Positions 24,859 through 37,785 of a DNA stretch of 64,000 bases are shown here, piece by piece. The notes below the pieces were generated by a model. The model was not told the DNA's origin. It searched no databases and saw only the letters and a program-made list of their open reading frames with translations. Numbering within the stretch: the stretch's first letter is position 1; every line of letters starts with the position of its first letter. Origin of the DNA: Phoronis australis (lineage: Eukaryota; Animalia; Phoronida); assembly GCA_002633005.1 (NCBI GenBank), contig NMRA01000223.1, positions 466,426 to 530,425 of the forward strand, in the 5' to 3' direction. The position numbers and the translations under genes are program-made.

Positions 24859-27100
24859 GTAAGTGTTTGTGCTAGGGTCGTACTTTACGAGAGATGGGGT
24901 GTGACATTCGCTCAGTAATTGTTGAGTTTGTGAAGGAAGAAGATCAGTGTGCCTGCACCATTAAACTTTTCGGGCGAATTCGACTACTGCAGCACCTCCT
25001 AGTGGCCATTTTGAGAATGGGCTTTTCAAGTGTTGTTTTGGGGTGAAGAGCATTTTCGAATGATATCTAGAGAACCGATGGGCAGATTACTTATATTATG
25101 CAGTAGTACACATAGTAGAATGCACTGCATGTCAACGCCCCAGCGTTGCTCTTGTTAAATTTATGGTAGCCGTGCATATATCATTGAAATCATTGCAAAG
25201 CTGTATTTATATGAATATGTATTGTATCTGTAAATACAAGTACTGTAGTATAAACTGATATTTTTTGACACCCAGATATAATGCTTTCTTGCACTTTCTG
25301 GGTTTACCTCTTACTGTACATTGCCGTTTTGGTACACTTAACAAATTACAGTCCCACGGAATCCCTAGAATTCTGGACTTTATACATTTTATTATCAAAG
25401 TCCTTCTTTTACTCGGTTTTGTCTTAGAATTTTGTGAAAAACAAAGACATGGAAAACATGAAAATTCTTCTTTCGCTTTTTGCCACTGTCTTCAAGGGGT
25501 GAATTATTAGAAATGTACCAACACTGACTCATCATTGAATGACAAATGGGTGTGGCTAAATAAATTTCAGATTTGCTTGAGTGTGAGTTCAGGTGAGTTA
25601 TGTAGTGTACTTTACTTTGCCACTTTCAGTTCAGTGGTTTGAATGCTCCTGTGATATTAGTCATTAATGACTCGCTTGATCGATGAAGCATCAGAGTGTG
25701 TGGCAAGCGTAGTGCAGATAATGCGAATCTCTATAACAGCAATAAACAAAATCTCACGCGTCATGGTTGTGTGGAAGCAAAGTTTCATCAGGTGTCGCCT
25801 GCCTTCAACGCGAAACCTGAGAAAACTTTACGAAAAATAGAGTACTAAATGATTTGAAAATTAGCCTGAATATTCTTAAAATTTTGCAGAATTTTCAGTA
25901 GGTGGTGTTTTGTCAACTTTTTAAGAAGAATAGTAAAGAGGATGATGCCTTCCTATCCTTCAAACCTCTTGAAGAATTATCATTTTTGACTTGCTTTGCG
26001 CTCCCTACAGGCTGTTATTAAGTTTTTTAGCATTGCTCCGTTCGGTGGGCATGTTCAAAATAGTGTATCTGGACTGTTTGTGCTGCTCTGGCCTTTTTAT
26101 GCGCCCGCATATTTATATATGGACACATTATGCTGTCATCTTCGTCCATCCGGCGTCTGTCTGTCCACCGTCCGCTGCACTATCTCCGAATCCCTTTGAT
26201 GTACGTTCATGAAATTGAGCACGTGTTCCTTTTATGGATGGGACGACATGATCGAACTTTTGGACGGATCCGACTACTGGTGTGCCCCCTAGCGGCAATT
26301 TTTGTTTTTTACACTTACCTCTATCTTCAAAGGTCCTCAATGTATTTTTGGCATATAGGCAGCTATTAGTGAGGTGACGCTATCCTCTCGTTTTTGGATG
26401 GATTCGACGTAGTTTGAGCCACCTAGTGGCCATTTTTGCTGTTTTTGAATCTGATTTTTGGCATCCACCCCTCTATCAACCAAACCGCTCTATGGATGAT
26501 TGTGAAAATTGGCATGTATGTTTTTACGACAAAACTGACGGTGATTTTCAGACAACTTTGACTACTGTGGCACCTCCTAGTGGCAGTTTTGTTTTTGCAC
26601 CCATGGCTGTATCTCCTAAACCGTTTGGAGGATCTTTGCTAAATTTAGCAAGTGTATGATGTTGACAACGGATGACAACAAGTTTCTAACGGATCTGACC
26701 ACCAGTGTGCCCGTTAGTGGCAATTTTAGTTTTTTTAGGTTTACCTCTGTATCTCCAAAGGTTCTCAATGGATTTTTAGAAAATTTGAAAATTATAGGCA
26801 TCTATTGGTGAGATGATGCTATCCTCCCGTTTTCGGTTGGAATCGAGGTACTTTGCACCATCTAATGACCATTTTTCCTGTTTTGGAGTCTCTGTTTTGG
26901 CGTCCACCCCTCGATCAACCAAACCATTTTAAGGATGATTTTGAAAATTGACGTATATAATCTCATTGTGAAGAAGACGGTTGACAATAACAAATTTGAC
27001 TACTGTGACGCCTCCTAGTGGTAGTTTTGTTTTTTGTTTTGCGTCCATAGCTGCATCTCCTAAACAAATCTGCAGGATCTTTATTAAATGTAGCATTGTA

Positions 27101-28417
27101 TTTTTATGCGCCCACATATTTATATGTGGACGCATTATGCCGTCATCTCTGTCCGTCCGTCCGTCCGTCCGTCCGTCCGGGCGGCGTCCGTCCGGCGTCC
27201 GGCGTCTGGCGTCCGGCGTCCGCTGCTCTATCTCCAAAACCCTTTGACATACGTTCATGAAATTTGGCACATATGTTCCATTCATGAATGGGACGGCATG
27301 TGCGAACTTTCGGACGGATCCGACTACCGGTGTGCCCCCTAGTGGCAATTTTAGTTTTTTACGCTTACCTTTGTATCTTCAAAAGTCCTGAACGGATTTT
27401 CATGAAATTTGGTATGTAGGCACCTANNNNNNNNNNNNNNNNNNNNNNNNNNNNNNNNNNNNNNNNNNNNNNNNNNNNNNNNNNNNNNNNNNNNNNNNNN
27501 NNNNNNNNNNNNNNNNNNNNNNNNNNNNNNNNNNNNNNNNNNNNNNNNNNNNNNNNNNNNNNNNNNNNNNNNNNNNNNNNNNNNNNNNNNNNNNNNNNNN
27601 NNNNNNNNNNNNNNNNNNNNNNNNNNNNNNNNNNNNNNNNNNNNNNNNNNNNNNNNNNNNNNNNNNNNNNNNNNNNNNNNNNNNNNNNNNNNNNNNNNNN
27701 NNNNNNNNNNNNNNNNNNNNNNNNNNNNNNNNNNNNNNNNNNNNNNNNNNNNNNNNNNNNNNNNNNNNNNNNNNNNNNNNNNNNNNNNNNNNNNNNNNNN
27801 NNNNNNNNNNNNNNNNNNNNNNNNNNNNNNNNNNNNNNNNNNNNNNNNNNNNNNNNNNNNNNNNNNNNNNNNNNNNNNNNNNNNNNNNNNNNNNNNNNNN
27901 NNNNNNNNNNNNNNNNNNNNNNNNNNNNNNNNNNNNNNNNNNNNNNNNNNNNNNNNNNNNNNNNNNNNNNNNNNNNNNNNNNNNNNNNNNNNNNNNNNNN
28001 NNNNNNNNNNNNNNNNNNNNNNNNNNNNNNNNNNNNNNNNNNNNNNNNNNNNNNNNNNNNNNNNNNNNNNNNNNNNNNNNNNNNNNNNNNNNNNNNNNNN
28101 NNNNNNNNNNNNNNNNNNNNNNNNNNNNNNNNNNNNNNNNNNNNNNNNNNNNNNNNNNNNNNNNNNNNNNNNNNNNNAAATTTGTTTTTAATTCTATGTT
28201 TCTGTGGTGCTTTAAGCAACTGGTGTATAGGATGTGCTTGTATTATGAAGATTACTCACATTTTGCCCCTAGCCTATTGAGGAGACAATGACCATGCCTT
28301 TCCATTTTGCAAAGTATGCCCTCTACTGGCCACTTTATGGTACCAATAAACAACCCTAGAAGGATACCGTATGCGGTGCAATTGTGGGCGCATTTCAACG
28401 CTCCGCGTTGCTCTTGT
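27101..28417 (+). mobile_element. Young HINE copy with both ends intact, spanning the assembly gap
   Basis: 5' tttttatgcgcccaca-tatttata-tgtggacgcat hairpin, (gtcc)n; 3' tgtgggcgcat then caacgctccgcgttg hairpin and ctcttgt. Confidence 0.85.
27427..28177. other. Assembly gap (751 N)
   Basis: Run of N inside the internal tandem array of a young repeat copy. Confidence 1.
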
Positions 28418-31088
28418 ATATAAAGCTAACAACAGACGACAATGTCTTTCAGGCAGATCCAATGAAAGTTGTGCTCCATGGTGGCAATTTCATTTCATTT
28501 CATTAAGGAAATGATGGCATGTTCTCGTTTTCAAATGGATTGGACGTTTTCACGCCATCTAGTGACTATTATGAAACAAATAAACAACCTTAGAATCACA
28601 CTGTTTGTAGTGCATTCTTGGGTGCATTTCAATGCTCCACATTGCTCTTGTTAATGTTAACCTCTCTGTGTACCAAGGTCCTCGACGGATTTTCATAAAA
28701 ATTGGCAAGTGGGTGTTTTATGACATTTTAGCATGGCTTTAATACTTGGTTCACCGTGATTGGTTAAAACCATTGGTAGTGATCACAGATATAAGCAGCT
28801 CTTCAATTTGTTTGTTTCCTCAAATCACTCTTGGTCAAAGTCCTCGATGTTTCTGACTGGAGGCATGTTGTAATGTATAACTGCAAACTTTGAAACATGA
28901 AGCCACATCAATTCCTGAATTTCGAACACGTTTAATTTTGCTATCTTTCTTGGCATTCTTGAATTTGAGGTAGCCAGCATTGCCTGTTTCTGAAATTTAT
29001 GTCACAAGCTGTGGCGTTGAGCAAAGTAACTATTTTTTCACTGTCCTAATGTGAGTTTATAAAAATTCCATTTTAGGAGCACACTTGTCAGAACATAGCA
29101 CTGCTCTCCTTGATTAATAGCAAAGAATATTGATTTGATACATTTTGTACTTTTTACTGGGGTTATGACACACGTAAGCCATTTGAACAATAATAAATTG
29201 TTACTTAAAATGTCAAGGGACTTTCCAGCATCCGCTTCCTGAATTCCAAGGTTTATTGGACTGTATTTGCTTTAAATTAATTTTCATTTCGGAGATTTCA
29301 AAGTTCAGAATGTGATGAATCGTGAAAAAAGTGCTCGCATTAATTCAACACCTTTGGCTTCACATGAATGACGTCAAACCAATGACTGTATAAAGTCATT
29401 TAGTTCATCTTGTTTTCATAGTTGCAATTATCCTTGCTTGCATGGTTAGGTAACATTTATTTTAGGTGTTTGTTCAGTTTTACGCACTAAGCAGTTTCAA
29501 GGAAATTGTCATCCTTGTTTATAGTATTTTTTTAAATTCAATTTTATCACGGCCACATATATATGTGAACTCTTATCGGCATCCATGTCCATCTGTGAAT
29601 CTGATTGGTTGTCTTAACATCCACTGCTGTATTTCCGAAACCCCTTGGTGGATGTTCATGTAATTTTGCAGACATATTTCTATCATGAGATGGAACGGCA
29701 CAAGTGAATTTTCTGACATATCCAAATTACACTGTGTATCCTGGTGGCAATTTCAGACTTCATGCACCTACATAAAATGCTGTCATTGTGGGCGCATACT
29801 GCCATCTTCTGGCATCTGCTGCTGTATCTCCTAAGCACCTTGCAGGATCTTAATGAGATTGGGCAGATGTGGACTATAAATAAGCTGGCGGCAGATTACA
29901 ATGAATTTCGGATGATTCAACTACTGCTGTGCGTCCCAGTGACAATTTTATTTTTACGTTTTTCGGATTTCCTGGATAAATTTTCATGATTTTTAGCATA
30001 GATTTATATTAAGGGAGAATGCCACCCAAAAAACAACCTATTTTGTATGAATTTAGATCGAGTAGTTCTACTCGATGGCGGCACGTTCAGTTGCGTTACT
30101 TGACGGCAGACGGAGGTGTTGAAATTATCCAATGACGTCACGCAGTTTGTTCTAATAAGTAGTTCACAACACGGGCTACTGGTGTCAGCTTATCGCTTGA
30201 ATCCATCGTTTAACACCAATAAATCATCAAACGTCTATGTAAAACCCTTAAACATACAATGAGCTCTTATAAAAATGTGTTGTTTTATTTCGCTGTTACG
30301 AATTTATTAGTATCTGAACACACCATAGCCAACAGAGTTCAGCAGGTCAATTTACCAAGGTCCATAGCAGGAGTTTGGGGTCTATTCGGAGATAAATTCG
30401 AAGTATTCTTTCGTGAAGTACAGACAGGAGAACCTAGATCTGTGTTGTTTAGACTTAGATTTTTTGAGTTCTAAACACACAAAACGCTTGTTATCCCGGC
30501 CAGTGGCTTGGAACCCGATCGGGCCTGTCGCGGTCGGACTGAAGACATTACGAACATAAACCAGCCAAAGTTAGAAACTAAACTTCCAGTCAAGAAAATA
30601 CTATACTAGTGAGCCAAAGAAGTAATGTGCACGTGATTATGTTGGTGAATTAGTCACGAAACTGCAAATCTTACTCAGCCTCAGGGGGGCTGCGAATTCA
30701 TGTTCCCCTTAGGCCACAGAACCGCCAGGGCAGAAGTTGTACATTGACAATCACAATTGAATAATTTTTATGGAAATAAAGATTCCTGTAACACCTGGCC
30801 GTGGGATAGAAAATTGAGTTATTGTTTTACAACAGTTTCTGTCCTCAAACACTGAATTAGCATGCCTCACATGGCCTCGGTGTCCGGTCAATTAGTTTTA
30901 TTGCACCTAAAGCCGGTAATGCAGTGATTTATTCATTGTTGGCTTCTCAAATCATTTTCACTCCCAAACATTCCAAAGGCATTACGAATTGCATCTAATG
31001 AGACAGGCTTTGTTTCAGTTTTGTATAAGTATTGGTTAGGGTGAGAATAATTCATTTTGAAACAGAACGCTCAGTAATAAACGTCAAC

Positions 31089-31535
31089 ATTGCAACTTGC
31101 AATTCCGACTTGGAGGAGTACTCATCTGATGAAGACTTCCCAGGTAGACCGTTAAGTTTCTCAGGATATCAGTTCGAACCAGAATACACTGATTAAGAAT
31201 TATTAGAGAGGCCCCGTGAATGTCCACAGACAATGTAGCATATGGTTAGATCCAAAAACTGTCCCAATGACTTGTCATGGTGTCTGTGTGCTAAATGCAT
31301 CGTAATGGAAACAACTGACGCTTGCGTTTGTTGCCACGATATTCAACATGTGAAACGCCTTCTTGGAGAAGCAGAAATGTGTCTCACGGATCACCCTGAT
31401 TTTGCACTGCATCTGAACAGAGGTGTGCTCACAAAGTTTTTTAGGGCTGGGAAAAAGAACTGGCGAAAACATCCTACACCCAGAGGACCAAACAGAAGCC
31501 TGATGAACGAGAAAGTCATCAAACAGGTTATATAA
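31089..31535 (+). pseudogene. Decayed KolX-like ORF with a P2X7 C-terminal (ballast/Nanor-like) Cys-rich domain
   Basis: ...EEYSSDEDFPGRPLSFSGYQFEPEYTD*ELLERPRECPQTM*HMVRSKNCPNDLSWCLCAKCIVMETTDACVCCHDIQHVKRLLGEAEMCLTDHPDF...; YxFEP and WCxCxxC...CC...CxTxHPxF pattern; two in-frame stops; truncated. Confidence 0.75.
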
Positions 31536-31579
31536 CATGATCGCACCCAGCCTAAAATATAGGGGTGGACTTGCTGAAC

Positions 31580-31873
31580 GCAAACACAATAGGCACAGCA
31601 TCTGACTTCTGCCTCCGGTCGCTTTTTCTGCCCTGACATGAGCTGTTTGGCAAGCCGGGATTCGTCAGTGAAGTCACTGTCCACGAAATGCCGGCCACAG
31701 ACACGCAGATGTTTCATGGCTTCGAACATGGTATGAACGCCATACTTTTCATTTTTCACTGCCGCGAGCCGCTTTCAAAGCATTTCGAGCTCTCAAGGAA
31801 ATCGAAAAAATGATGTACCCACTTTCCTCGCAGCTTCATAGTTTGCACAAGCGCGAACGACATACCACACCAT
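31580..31873 (-). pseudogene. Decayed THAP zinc-finger N-terminus of the Kolobok transposase (DDE domain deleted)
   Basis: MVWYVVRACANYEAARKVGTSFFRFP*ELEML*KRLAAVKNE...HLRVCGRHFVDSDF... then a frameshift to KSDAVPIVF; FxFP, VCxxHF and AVP motifs of THAP. Confidence 0.8.
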
Positions 31874-32334
31874 GACGGTACTCACTCTGCAGATGAACCA
31901 CTGACGTCGCTGCGGAGTTTCTCACCTTCTTCACAGGTTAACGCGACACCTCTCGGCAAGGTAAGGTCGACCGTGTACAAGCCGATGTGACCACAGACTG
32001 ATGAAGACGGTAAAAAAGACTAATTAAATCGGGTGGCATTGTCCTTTAAGGAGTCAATAATGACTAGCCTTCTAATTTCGGGGTGAATTCGACATAATCT
32101 GCACTACCTCGTTGCAATTTTTACTTTTACCAGCTTTCTCGTGTACACCTTTTTATCTGCTAAACTGCACTATGGATCACTATGAAAATTGGCAGATGTG
32201 TTAGTGCTGAGAAGACTTCAGTTGATGTTGATTTTTAGATGTATTCGACTTATATGGTGCACCCTAGTAATAATTTGTTTTAATTTATTTACATCCACGG
32301 CTGTATCTCCACAACTGCTTGCATTGCCTTCCCA

Positions 32335-33838
32335 TTTTTATGCGCCCACATATTTATATGTGAACGCATTATGCCGTCATCTCCGTCTGTCCTTCCGTAC
32401 GGGCGGCGTCCGTCCGGCGTCCGCTGCTCTATCTCCAAAACCCTTTGATATATGTTCATGAAATTTGGCACATATGTTCCGTTCATGAATGGGACGGCAT
32501 GTGCGAACATTCGGACGGATCCGACTACCGGTGAGCCCCCTAGTGGCAATTTTATTTTTTTACGCTTACCTTTGTATCTTCAAAAGTCCTGAACGGATTT
32601 TCATGAAATTTGGTATGTAGGCACTTATTAGTGAGATGACGCTATCCTCCTGTTTTCAGATGGATTCGACATAGTTTGCGCCACCTAGTGTCCATTTTTA
32701 GTGTTTTCGAGTGTGTTTTTGTGCGTCAACCCCTCTATCAACCAAACTGCTCAAAGGATGATTGTGAAAATTGGCATGTATGTGCTTACTATAAAGAAGA
32801 CAGCTGACAATGATTTTCAGACGATTTGGATTACTGTGGCGCCTCCTAGTGGCAGTTTTTTTTTGCCTATGGCTGTATCTCCTAAACCGTTCACAGGATC
32901 TTTACGAAATTTAATAAGTGTAATTATATGATGTTAACAACAAATGATGACGACTTTTGGACGAATCCGCCTACCAGTGTGCCCCCTAGTGGCAATTTTA
33001 TTTTTTTACGTTTACCTCTATCTTCACAAGTCCTTAACAGATTTTCATGAAATTTGGTATGTAGGCACCTATTAGTGCGATGACGCTATCCTCCCGTTTT
33101 CGAATGGATTCGACCCTAGTTTGCGACACCCAGTGGCCATTTTTACTGTTTTTGAGTCTGTTTTTTGGCGTCCACCCCTCTATTAACCAAACCGCTCTAA
33201 CGATGATTGTGAAAATTGGCATGTATGTTTTTACTATGAAGAGGACGGTTGACGCTGAATTTCCCATGGCTTTGATTACTGTGGCGCCTCCTAGTGGCAG
33301 TTTTTTTTTGCCCCCGTGGCTGTATCTCCCAAACCGTTTGCAGGATCTTTACTAAATTTAGCCAGTGTATTTATGTGATGTTGACAACGGACGATGACGA
33401 CTTTAGGATGATTTTGACTACCGGTATGCCTCTAGTGGCAATTTAAGTATTTCACATTGACCTTTGTATTTTCATAGGTCTTCAGGTATATACTTTGTGT
33501 TACTTCGTGACTATGAAGGAAAAATTCCAAGTAGAAATTTGTTTCTGGCATTCTAATGCTGTGCTAATCTCGTATGTTGGTAAATTTGTTTTTAATTCTA
33601 TGTTTCTGTGGTGCTTTAAGCAACTGATGTATAGGATGTGCTTGTATTATGAAGATCACTCACATTTTGCCCCTAGCCTATTGAGGAGACAATGACCATG
33701 CCTTTCCATTTTGCAAAGTACAACATACTACATATATGCCCTCTACTGGCCACTTTATGGTACCAATAAACAACGCTAGAAGGATACCGTATACGGTGCA
33801 TTTGTGGGCACATTTCAATGCTCTGCGTTGCTCTTGTT
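32335..33838 (+). mobile_element. Full-length young HINE/DINE-1-like element (~1.5 kb) with a 445-bp higher-order internal repeat
   Basis: 5' T run, atgcgcccaca...tgtgaacgcat hairpin, gtcc microsatellite; subunit motifs near 32534/32677/32837 recur near 32979/33122/33282; 3' tgtgggcacat, hairpin, ctcttgtt. Confidence 0.88.
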
Positions 33839-36800
33839 GGACAAATTTAATGTATTGTGCGTAACTTAATCTAGCCAAGTCACCTATTAAATCAATGTGC
33901 TTATTTTATGTTGAGAGTGGTTCTCAGTAAACTCGCGTGCATTTTTCAAGGTTAGCTTTTTCAGCTAACATCAATTTTTGCAGCTAACAGCAATGTTTTA
34001 TGGTTGTGTAGTAATTACTGTGTCATTGTTCTTCTTATTTCGTGCTGCACAAATTATTGCATTTTGTCAATCAAGTAGTAAACAGATGTGACAGGTTGTG
34101 CTAAGATGATGGCGCAATCTGTCACTACCAAATTAAGTCTACCAATTAATATTCTTGCTATAATTTTCACTGAGCAGTTAATTAATTTTTCACTCCTCAC
34201 TAGTACTTTGTCGTTATGTCAGTGATGGTTCCGTCCCCAAGAGTTCCTCCCCGACTCCCGGCAAGCACACGAAGTTTGTAACGGCTATCAGCTGTTGTTT
34301 ACCCACCCACCCTGGGGTCCTTTGTGAGTATAAGTGGATTATATTTCTCATTACTTGCAACAGATACCTTCACAACAGTAACTTTCTTTACGGTAGGTCT
34401 CCCGAGCTTCACATTGATTAATTAATGCTAAATTGATAGCTATGAGTATGCTATGGGATTTGGGACCTGCTTGGTAATAACTGGAAATTATACAATTGCT
34501 TAGGCGCTCACATCCAAAGTAAGCCTCCAAGCGGTGTAAAATTTCTGAATTAAATGCAGCTAATATTTGTGAGTAACTATATACCGAGTGTTCTATGTTA
34601 ATGTTGAAATGACCCCAAGACTCGATTTTGTCAAAAACAAGTTTTGATTTAGACCATGTCACTTTAAAAATTGGTTGCAACTTCCACCTTACTCATTACT
34701 GCTTTCTGGTCTTGAGCTGAATTGACAGTTTGTTATCGGTTCAAACCCACAGAGTCATAGAGTTGACTTGTCATGCCAGGTTAGGTTCAGTCGCTGAAGC
34801 AGTATAATCGTCATTGAATCGTGATTTCAGGCATTTTGTTTAAGTCAATTTCAATTCAAGCAAAGGATAAATACACAATGACGTTGTTGGTAGAAGACAG
34901 TTCAAATACAACAGGAAAGCATTTTTTGACACCGGGTGTCTGTTTCATGAAAATGAGGCGAGACTTGGGACATAAATTTGGTCTCGCATTCCACACAATT
35001 GTTTGTAAAAACTATTACAGTTGAGCAAAAGAGAAAAGTGTCTGAGAGTACATATTACATAACTGCTAATTACTAAGAGAAGTTCAGTCTATAAATTATT
35101 TCTAGGCAGTGATGCACTTGTTATTATTTGGCTAAGTCTTTATTCATCAATGGTAAAGTGATAGGCTATAGCATAATGCCAAAGGATGACTTGTATTGGC
35201 TTTAAGCACTCTTTACAATCACGTTAGATACAGATGAGTGGAGTTATCAGAGTGTACAATACAAGCCAGAAGCACAGTATTTAGACAAAGAGACTTGCAA
35301 TTCCTCGTCATGTCGGCTCGGCGAAGGCCAAATTCATTTTGAGAATAGTCCTCCCTCATGACTCAAAACGAGAGAGATTTAACAGGAAAGTTTGTAAAGT
35401 GGCTACGTTGTTCTGCAGTTGAGAGTTTTGTTGCCCTGACAGTCATTACCAGTCAAGCTGTTAACAAAATTAACTGTCGTGACTAGGAAACCGTATTTTG
35501 TCTGATTACTTTTGTCTGATATTGTATGAAGTGTAAACTTTGATGCTTACCCTAGTATGATGGCACAAGAGCTTTTTTGAGGAATAATACTTGTTTTTGC
35601 TAGGTCACCGAATAATTCTTTCCGATTGATGAATGGATAGCGAAATAAATTTCATGTCACACAATCAGAATGTTCTGCAGTTTTCAAAATGAACTAGACA
35701 GTCTTCGACAGAAATCTGCCACACTTGAATAAACTTTTTGTCAGAATGTTTGGCTGTTTGACCAAACTTTGGTCGCAGTAAAATGGCAGTTTTGTTAGGT
35801 GGAGTTTATTGGAGTGTTATTGTGCCTAATAATCGATAATTGTTTCTATGTGAAGGCACTTGTAAAGTGACTTGTAAAGGTAACTTGGCTCCATGGTTTC
35901 AACAATTTAAAGTATGTGAAGCAACACCTGTCAAGATTTCATCAGAATTTAATTAGCCAGAATTGAAACAAGTTCTAGTGGAAAACAAAATATTTTGTTT
36001 CAGTTTTATTTGGCAAAAGTTCATGGAATTCCAATGTTGCCCATTCTGAAAGTTGAACGTTTTCGACCAATTCTGAGACTGGTTTTCCTCAGCTGTCTTA
36101 TTGCAGCTGACTAGAGTTGGCCGAAACGTTATATGGTAAATGTTATCTCCATTCTTGAAATGCTTTTCACTTGTTTCTTGTTGTATTGTGGACTATTTCC
36201 AATGTTTGTGCATCTATCCTGTGTTGTCTTTCATGATCTCTTTCACGTCTTTGATGTGAACGCTACACCACCACTGGTAGTGAAATCTGAACTTTTCTCT
36301 CCGTTGGTAAAATTTGCCTCTTTGTTGTGGTAAACAGTCCTAGACCTACAAGAGTCTATACAATTCCTCAATGAAAGACGAGAATTCATGGAGAATAAAT
36401 GCTATAGAGCACAGCTTAACTATCCTGCCGTGACCTCCTACTTCTTGTTCAGTCTTACATTCGTCCACGGTCTGCTGCTGTATCTCCAAAACCCCGTCAT
36501 GGATGTTTGTGAAAATTTCCAGACATATTTATATCATGTATGGGACTGCACAAGTGAATGTTCAGATGCATTTGACTACCACTCAGCCCCCTAATGACAA
36601 TTTTTGTTGTTTGTGTTAGCCTCTATGCCATGCTCTTGAATGGATTGTCATGAAATTAGGGTAATAAGTTTCCATTGTAAAGATAACTTTTTCCTATGGA
36701 TTTTACATAACTTACATCTCCTAGCAGCCATTTTTGTTACGACAAAATGTTCTAATTTTCGGATAAATTCAGTGTACTCTATGCACCCTATTGGCTATTT

Positions 36801-37785
36801 TTATTACTTTTGTGTATACTTAGCATCTGCCTATCTGCCAAAGCACTGTAGATGCAATCCTATTGAGATGTGAATTTTCCGACAGGTCCAACTACTGTAG
36901 CACCTCGTGGTGACAAATTTGCTTTATGCCTTTGCCGCATTGCCTATGAAGTTCCTCGATGGATCTTCCTGAAATTTGGTGTTTGTGTTCCAGAACAGTA
37001 CGCCTGACATTAATTTGGGGGGGATCCAACTACTGTGGTGTCCTCTACTGGCAATTTAATTTTCTTTGTGTATGGCTTTATGTCTGCAAAGCTTCTTCAT
37101 GGATATTTCGCAAAATTTGGCAAGAAATTCATGAAGGAAATGACAGCACTTGCTTTGTTTTGTATGGATTTGACTTATGTCACCTCCTCTAGTTGCCTTT
37201 TTTACATGATTTGCAGTTTCTTTAAAGAGGCATGGCATGGGAAAGCTCGTCAAAAATATCTTTTGAACAATTCCTGACAAAAGTACCATCTGAAAACGTC
37301 TAGTACAGAGTAATTCACGTTTCCCCGTGAGGAAATTGCCAGAAGAAATCACAAAATTCACGATTTTTGAAATACGGGTGAAGGAAAAACTCTGTAGTTA
37401 CCTCAGAGTTTCTTTTCTCCCTCCCACTTATGATGAATGCGCACATGCACTCAGTCTGTTGCTTGAAGTCGCTTGAGGTCAAAGGTCACATTTTCCATAT
37501 GAGGGAAATGTACTACATCTATGTCTTGTCATACCAAATAAGGAGACTTGCTTTTCCTTGAAAAATTGACGAAGTGGCGAGCAGTTGACAGATCGTTGAA
37601 ATTTGAAACTAATAGAACATGCTTTGATATCAACAGAAATTAAAAATCTTTACGAACGTACCTTAAAAATACCTGGTGAGAAGGTTGAACTCTGTTTCTG
37701 TGGCAGAGAAACAGTTCAATTTAGTCTGTTTATGGCGTTCCAGGCCTGTTTATACACTGTTTATACATGAATTCGACAGATATGA

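Larger units (their letters stand above)
26094..28652 (+). mobile_element. Older HINE copy (26094-27100 plus 28418-28652) interrupted by a younger nested copy
   Basis: Starts tttttatgcgcccgcatatttatatatggacac; resumes after 28417 and ends with a degenerate subTIR and hairpin (tgggtgcatttcaatgctccacattgctcttgtt). Confidence 0.7.
30013..32045. mobile_element. Internally deleted Kolobok-superfamily DNA transposon
   Basis: TTAA target duplications at 30009-30012 and 32046-32049; TIRs GGGAGAATGCCACCC / rc AGGACAATGCCACCC (13/15); two convergent decayed ORFs (THAP on -, Cys-rich KolX-like on +). Confidence 0.85.
29541..32330 (+). mobile_element. Old HINE copy (29541-30012 plus 32050-32330) split by the Kolobok insertion
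   Basis: Degenerate 5' hairpin ccacatatatatgtgaac; the subrepeat sequence continues colinearly on both sides of the TTAA-flanked insertion. Confidence 0.55.

Noticed and set aside
25571-25592. Candidate NEK microexon (tttcag|atttgcttgagt[gtgagttcag]|gtgagt)
   Set aside because: The 12-nt form creates TAG when joined to the last exon and the 22-nt form shifts frame; the model is already in frame without it.
27365-28219. Long ORFs of 284 and 260 aa
   Set aside because: Artefacts of translating the N gap.
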